DNA of 64,000 bases, taken from positions 1,079,817 to 1,143,816 of the forward strand of contig CAVNZM010000013.1 in the NCBI GenBank assembly GCA_963693365.1, given 5' to 3'. Source of the DNA: Amoebidium appalachense. Lineage: Eukaryota; Protista; Ichthyosporea. The stretch's first letter is position 1. Every line of letters starts with the position of its first letter. The notes under the pieces are model-generated. The model searched no databases. It worked only from the letters and a program-made list of their open reading frames with translations, and had not been told where the DNA came from. The position numbers were made by a program, and so were the translations under genes. Of this stretch, positions 58,696 to 64,000 are shown one piece after another.

Positions 58696-61023
58696 GCACC
58701 AAAAAAGGCAAGGACAGAGGAGCACACTCACACGCGTGCAGACACATACAGATGCCGTGCAAAAACAGATAAACATGAAGCACACACACACAAAAACGCA
58801 GCCACACACACATGAAGGATGAGACAGCGAAAGGAGGTGAGAGAGGGAGAGGGAGATGGAGGCTTAGCCCACAACACCAGTGCGCACATGCAGTAGATTG
58901 GGGGGGAGGGCGGGGGGAGGGGGGAGGGAGGAGGGGTTGAGGCGGACGGGGAGACGGATAACTTACGGCAAAATGTGCAAGTATGTACCCGTTATTTTTG
59001 CAAGTGTGAGCGTTGCAGTGCGGGAAGCTTAAGGGAGGGGGGGGGGGGGGGGTGGAGGGAGGGGGATCAGGAGCTCCAACGGGAGATGTGAGGGGGGAGC
59101 AGGGTAAGAAACCACAAATCTTCAAATACCTCTACTTTTGCACGTGTGAGTGTGAGAGTGTTGGGGGCTGGGAGGGAGGGGAGTGGGGGTGGGGGGTTCC
59201 CAAAAGGAGGAGGGTTGGGAGAGTGAAAGAGACAGCCGAAGGTGGTGGTGGTGTGTGTGGTTGTGGTGTGTGTGTGTGTGTATGTGTTTGTGTGTGTGCG
59301 TGCGTGCGTGTGTGCACGCGCACGCACGCGTGCGTGTGTGTCTGTGTGTGTGTGTGGTGGTGGTGGGGGGGGGGGGGGGGGGGGGAGGGGGGGAGGGGGG
59401 GGGGGGGGGAGAGGGTTGCATACCGCAAACGTCATGAAACCTCATAAGCAGTTCATATAACACATCCTTCTTTCAATTTAGCAACTGCGGTGTATTCCTC
59501 AGTTTATTTTCTCCCGCTGATTGTAAAATGCGAGATCTGATGTGTTACATTGGTGCCACTGTTTGACCGGAACCTACTAATTGAATCTTACGACAAGAAG
59601 CTCACTAAGCACCAACGATGTAGTGCCAAGGCATCCTATATACAGAATGTTTCGGGATGTCAGCTTCCCCAAACAAACATTGTTTCTTTTGTTAGTTGCA
59701 GTGCGTGTGCGTGCGTGTAAGTGCAGAGGTCACTTTGATTGCCTGTGCCCATGATGGGTCGTGTGTGTGCATCTAAGCTGAGGTGACGTCCATATGGGTG
59801 TGTGCGTTTGTGTGTTCGTGTGCAAGCTCGTGAGAAAGCCCTGCGGGACGGAGGGTCGAGGGAGGTTGAGCTAGGGGGAGGGTCTCAAGGGGACAGAGGG
59901 AGAACTCTAGTAGGAGGAGGGGAGGGGAAGTATCGGATGCATCGGCTCACAATGGCTGCCGCATGCAGTTTGAATCTTGCATACGTGTGTGGGATCGCAA
60001 CACTTTCTAGTGCACCAATTTTAGGCCCATCATTTTGTAATCTGGTGCACACCTTCCCTCCTAGATCTGTCTGTCACAGCCGCCTTACTTGTTGTCACAA
60101 GTCTGCAAGTGTTACACAACTCACTATGGGTGTATAGTAACTAACAAAAACACAGCGTCTAGGTGGTTTACATGTACTGTGAAGTGAAGCTTAAGTGTTC
60201 AATGTTTACTTCTCCATGTGAATAAATTCCAACCGTTCACGACCGAGGCTCATGAACGCTCCTATTGGGCGATGTTGCTCAGCATTCCTAATTTAAGCAA
60301 CATAAACAAGAATTTGATTGGTCAATGTTTTAGCGGATATCTGATTCGATCATCGGACCGGCAACCGGACTCGCGGAGAAGTCAGAAGTATCACGGTAAT
60401 TCACTACCAACAGGACCAAATAATGTTATATTACCTACTAGAGAAGTTTTTTTTATTTATACAAACTGTTTCAGAAGTACATTCAGAGAACAAATTGCCT
60501 TTCTATCGAACTTGGATAAATGATCAAAATATGCAACTGTTCTGGTCGTACATGATTGGCTTGTACGAGAGCCATTTTTATCGGAATTTCACGAACCTGA
60601 GGTTCTTGCAGTCTGACTAAAAATAGAGCAATCAATACCATGACAATGTATTTTCCAATCCACAGCAAAACAGACTGCTGAAAAAACAATTTAACAATAT
60701 TGATTATGTGTTAATATAGATTAAGCCCTATAAAACAGGCTGATCGTCCTTTAATTCGACAACAAATTTTTCATGAATCCTGAATATCGGAATTTCTAAT
60801 GTTGATGCCCCCCGCTAATCCTGAGATCAGCCAATCGCATCGAGCTGCGCATGGTGCGATGGTTATAAAAAGAACATTTGGTCAACACAAAACAACCACA
60901 CCCGCTCAGTGGCGAAGTCGTACTTTTCCTCACTCCTCCCAAGCGAATGTCGTTTTGTGAGACAACTGTTACACTTACCACTTAATAATTCTTAGTTTTC
61001 AATTGCATTGACTCGCTATCATC

Positions 61024-63084
61024 ATGGCTACCCGCCCCCTTCTTTCGTCCGTCGTCGTTAGCGACCCTAGCGGGGCCCATATCGTTCGCAATTCACTTGC
61101 AAAGGATGGGCTTAAGGGTGCCCCAGCCCACCTCCCCACGGCCGCTGCCCTCATTCCCTATTCCGCCTCCACGTTCCCAGACGCACGCGCTTTCGGCACG
61201 CGCACACTCATTCACAGGGAAACAATCGCCGACCCTAAGAGTGGGAAAACACTCGAGAAACTCCATTTGGGTGAATACACATGGGAGACTTATGCGCAGG
61301 TCAACACCCGCGTTAACAACTTCGGTGCAGGCCTTCGCCGCACGGGCTTGAAGCCCGACCAGACGCTCACCATCTACATGAACACGTGCGCAGAGTGGCA
61401 GATTGCCGCGAACGCCGGGTTTGCTATGGTCACGCCGGTCGTGACGATCTATGCAACTCTTGGTGAGGAGGCACAGGTGTTTGGAATGAACGAGACTCAA
61501 ACCACCCACGTTGTTACCGAGGTAGGCCTTCTCTCCCAACTGCGCCGGGTGGCCAAACAGACACCCGCCCTCACCACAATCATCTACAAGGGCGACGCCA
61601 CGGAGAAAGACCTTGAGGGGTTCCCGGCTTCCGTCAAGCTCTACAGCTACAGCGACGTTGAGAAGGATGGGGAGGCCAACCCAAGTTCATCTCCCAAGGC
61701 ACCAAAACCGGAGGACATTGCCGTCATCATGTACACCTCCGGGTCGACTGGTATGCCCAAGGGTGTGCTCTTGTCTCACGGCGCTCTCATGGCAGCTATG
61801 CAGGGCCTGACGGACCACCTGCCCCCTTTTGTCTCCAATGAGGACGTGTACCTCAGCTTCCTCCCGCTGGCCCACATTTTCGGCCTGATTGCCGAGTTCC
61901 TCTTCCTCGGCGCCGGCTGCGCCATCGCATACGGTAGCCCCACGACGCTCACCGACACCTCCCCCCGCCTCAAGCCCGGGACGAAGGGTGACATTTCCGT
62001 TTCCCAGCCCACGTACATGGCGTCCGTGCCCACCATCATCGACCGTATTCGGCAGGGTGTGCTCTCCAAGATTAACTCCTCCTCCACCGTTATCCAGCAT
62101 CTGTTCTGGGCCGGTATGAGCAGCAAGGGTGCCGCCTTCGACACAAACGACAGCGGTTACCTGGGTAACGCCACCATCGGCTTCTGGGACACCCTCGTGT
62201 TTGGTAAGATTAAGGCCATGCTCGGTGGCCGCCTTAAGGCTATGTTCTCCGGCGGCGCCCCTCTCTCGGCAGAGTCGCAGCGGTTTATGACTGTCTGCTT
62301 CGGCATGCCCGTCATCCAGGGTTACGGCCTGACGGAGACCTGCGCCATGTCCACCGCCGGTGATGTCTACGCTCGCGGAATCTACGGCCGTGTGGGTATC
62401 CCCGAGACGTGCGTACAGTACAAGCTCGTCGACTGGGAGGAGGGCGGCTACCGCGTCGCCGACAAGGACAACGCTGATATCGGGGCGGCACGCGGCGAGA
62501 TTTGCATTTCCGGGCCGTGCCTTTCCAACGGATACTTTAAGCTGCCGGAGAAGACCGCCGAGGATTTCCGCAAGGGCGCGCAAGGGGTGACGTGGTTCCA
62601 CACGGGGGACATTGGCATGGTGCACACGGACGGCACGCTGCAAATCATCGATCGCAAGAAGGACCTTGTGAAGCTGCAGCAGGGCGAGTATGTGTCCCTG
62701 GGCAAGGTGGAGGCCGCCCTGGCCGCCGCCCCCGGGGTCGAGCAGATCTGTGTGCACGCCGACCCGTTCCACTCGTTCCCCATCGCTCTCGTGGTGCCTC
62801 AGAAGGGCGCCCTGCTGAAATCTGCCTCCGCGGCCGGTATCAACACCGATAGGGATTGGGAGGCCGTGTGCGCCGATCCAGAGGTGGAAAAACTCGTTTT
62901 GGCCGGACTTGACGCTACGGCCAAGGGTGAGAAATTGGCGCGGTTCGAGGTGCCGCAAAAGGTTGCGCTCCTGCCGGAGATGTGGACGCCTGATTCCGGC
63001 CTGGTAACGGCGTCAATGAAGCTGCAGAGGGCGCAAATCTATAAGAGGTTTGCTGATATCATCACAAAGACATACGACAAATAG
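61024..63084 (+). CDS. ACSL: Long-chain fatty acyl-CoA synthetase (ACSL3/4 / LACS-like), intronless, 686 aa
   Basis: AMP-binding motif IMYTSGSTGMPKG, YLSFLPLAHI, QGYGLTET, and the FACS signature WFHTGDIG...LQIIDRKKDLVKLQQGEYVSLGKVE. Confidence 0.97.
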   Translation: MATRPLLSSVVVSDPSGAHIVRNSLAKDGLKGAPAHLPTAAALIPYSASTFPDARAFGTRTLIHRETIADPKSGKTLEKLHLGEYTWETYAQVNTRVNNFGAGLRRTGLKPDQTLTIYMNTCAEWQIAANAGFAMVTPVVTIYATLGEEAQVFGMNETQTTHVVTEVGLLSQLRRVAKQTPALTTIIYKGDATEKDLEGFPASVKLYSYSDVEKDGEANPSSSPKAPKPEDIAVIMYTSGSTGMPKGVLLSHGALMAAMQGLTDHLPPFVSNEDVYLSFLPLAHIFGLIAEFLFLGAGCAIAYGSPTTLTDTSPRLKPGTKGDISVSQPTYMASVPTIIDRIRQGVLSKINSSSTVIQHLFWAGMSSKGAAFDTNDSGYLGNATIGFWDTLVFGKIKAMLGGRLKAMFSGGAPLSAESQRFMTVCFGMPVIQGYGLTETCAMSTAGDVYARGIYGRVGIPETCVQYKLVDWEEGGYRVADKDNADIGAARGEICISGPCLSNGYFKLPEKTAEDFRKGAQGVTWFHTGDIGMVHTDGTLQIIDRKKDLVKLQQGEYVSLGKVEAALAAAPGVEQICVHADPFHSFPIALVVPQKGALLKSASAAGINTDRDWEAVCADPEVEKLVLAGLDATAKGEKLARFEVPQKVALLPEMWTPDSGLVTASMKLQRAQIYKRFADIITKTYDK

Positions 63085-63769
63085 ATCGGATAGAATGAGA
63101 TCGGTGGTAATCGGGTACATAATCGGGTAATATGGGGCGGGGTGGGTGAGTGGGGGGGAGGGTGGGTGGGCGGGCGGGGGAGGGTGGGTGGGCGGGCGGG
63201 GGGGGGGGGGGGGGGGAGGGGGGGAGAGGTGGGGAGGAGGGGGGGGGATTTGGATGTACATGTGAATACGTCAAACATAATGAATAGCGACCTTGTTATA
63301 CAAGATATTGCTAGATATTGCGCTAATTACGACTCTAATTTGTGCTAACGATGATGGTTCAACAATCACTGTTTCTTCTTGCAGTGAAATAAGAACGTTC
63401 TCATTTTTTGCTTTATTACATAGAAATTTTATGTGCTGAATAGGATTCTACTACTTAATTGTTCCTGGTTTCTGGTGGTCCGACAGCAAATAAAGCTGAG
63501 TTGAGATTGTTAATTCAAGTCGTCTCCAATGGCATTGAAGTGCTACGGTCCCACATGACACACTGCACGTACATAGACACATACACAGACACACACGCGT
63601 GCATGTATGTGTTCCCGCTCCCCCCCCCCCCCCCCCCTCCCCTCCCTCCCCCCTCCCCATGCACACACACACATGCATGCACAAACATACACACAAGAGC
63701 TAAGTTCCCACATTACACACTGCAGACACATGCATGCTTATGCACAGACACACACAGGTGCAGATATGC

Positions 63770-63804
<35 letters not shown>

Positions 63805-64000
63805 CCCCCCAAGTAAGTTCCACTGGTAGTACGTGGATTTATTGTCATAATATATCCCTGTTGCTTATCCCCCTACCTCCCTCCCTCCCCTCGAGCTCCC
63901 CCTCCCCTCCCCCTTCCCCCCTCCTACCCCTCTTCTGTAGGTAACCCGAGTGGTATTTCTTTTACTCTCCTCCCCCCCCCCCCCCCCCCCCCCCCCCCCT

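Noticed and set aside
61687-62958. 423-aa minus-strand ORF
   Set aside because: Antisense shadow of the GC3-rich ACSL gene.

Overview
Eukaryotic nuclear DNA from an intron-rich organism (taxon not determinable from the sequence). Introns and intergenic DNA are packed with poly(G)/poly(C), (CA)n/(GT)n and (GA)n, so nearly all listed ORFs are low-complexity noise. Manual splicing (GT-AG) recovers these genes: a TARG1/OARD1 macrodomain gene (5' part, minus), an STMP1-like microprotein, a 4-exon cathepsin B-like protease, a hypothetical protein with PSAP motifs, a 7TM-RGS fusion gene, a chromatin protein with FYRN/FYRC-double PHD-FYRN/FYRC architecture, and an intronless long-chain acyl-CoA synthetase. 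The centre (21540-34747) is a three-layer retrotransposon nest. An old Ty3/gypsy copy carries, in the poly(G) tract of its LTR, a ~1.16 kb non-coding TRIM with a copia-type half-tRNA-iMet primer site. One TRIM LTR in turn carries a young, structurally complete chromodomain gypsy of the same family as the old copy (TSD TCTAT; the empty site is visible in the other TRIM LTR). The gypsy gag UGA stop is conserved in both copies and is followed by a long stem-loop, which suggests stop-codon readthrough. Many frameshifts fall in homopolymers and are probably sequencing errors.
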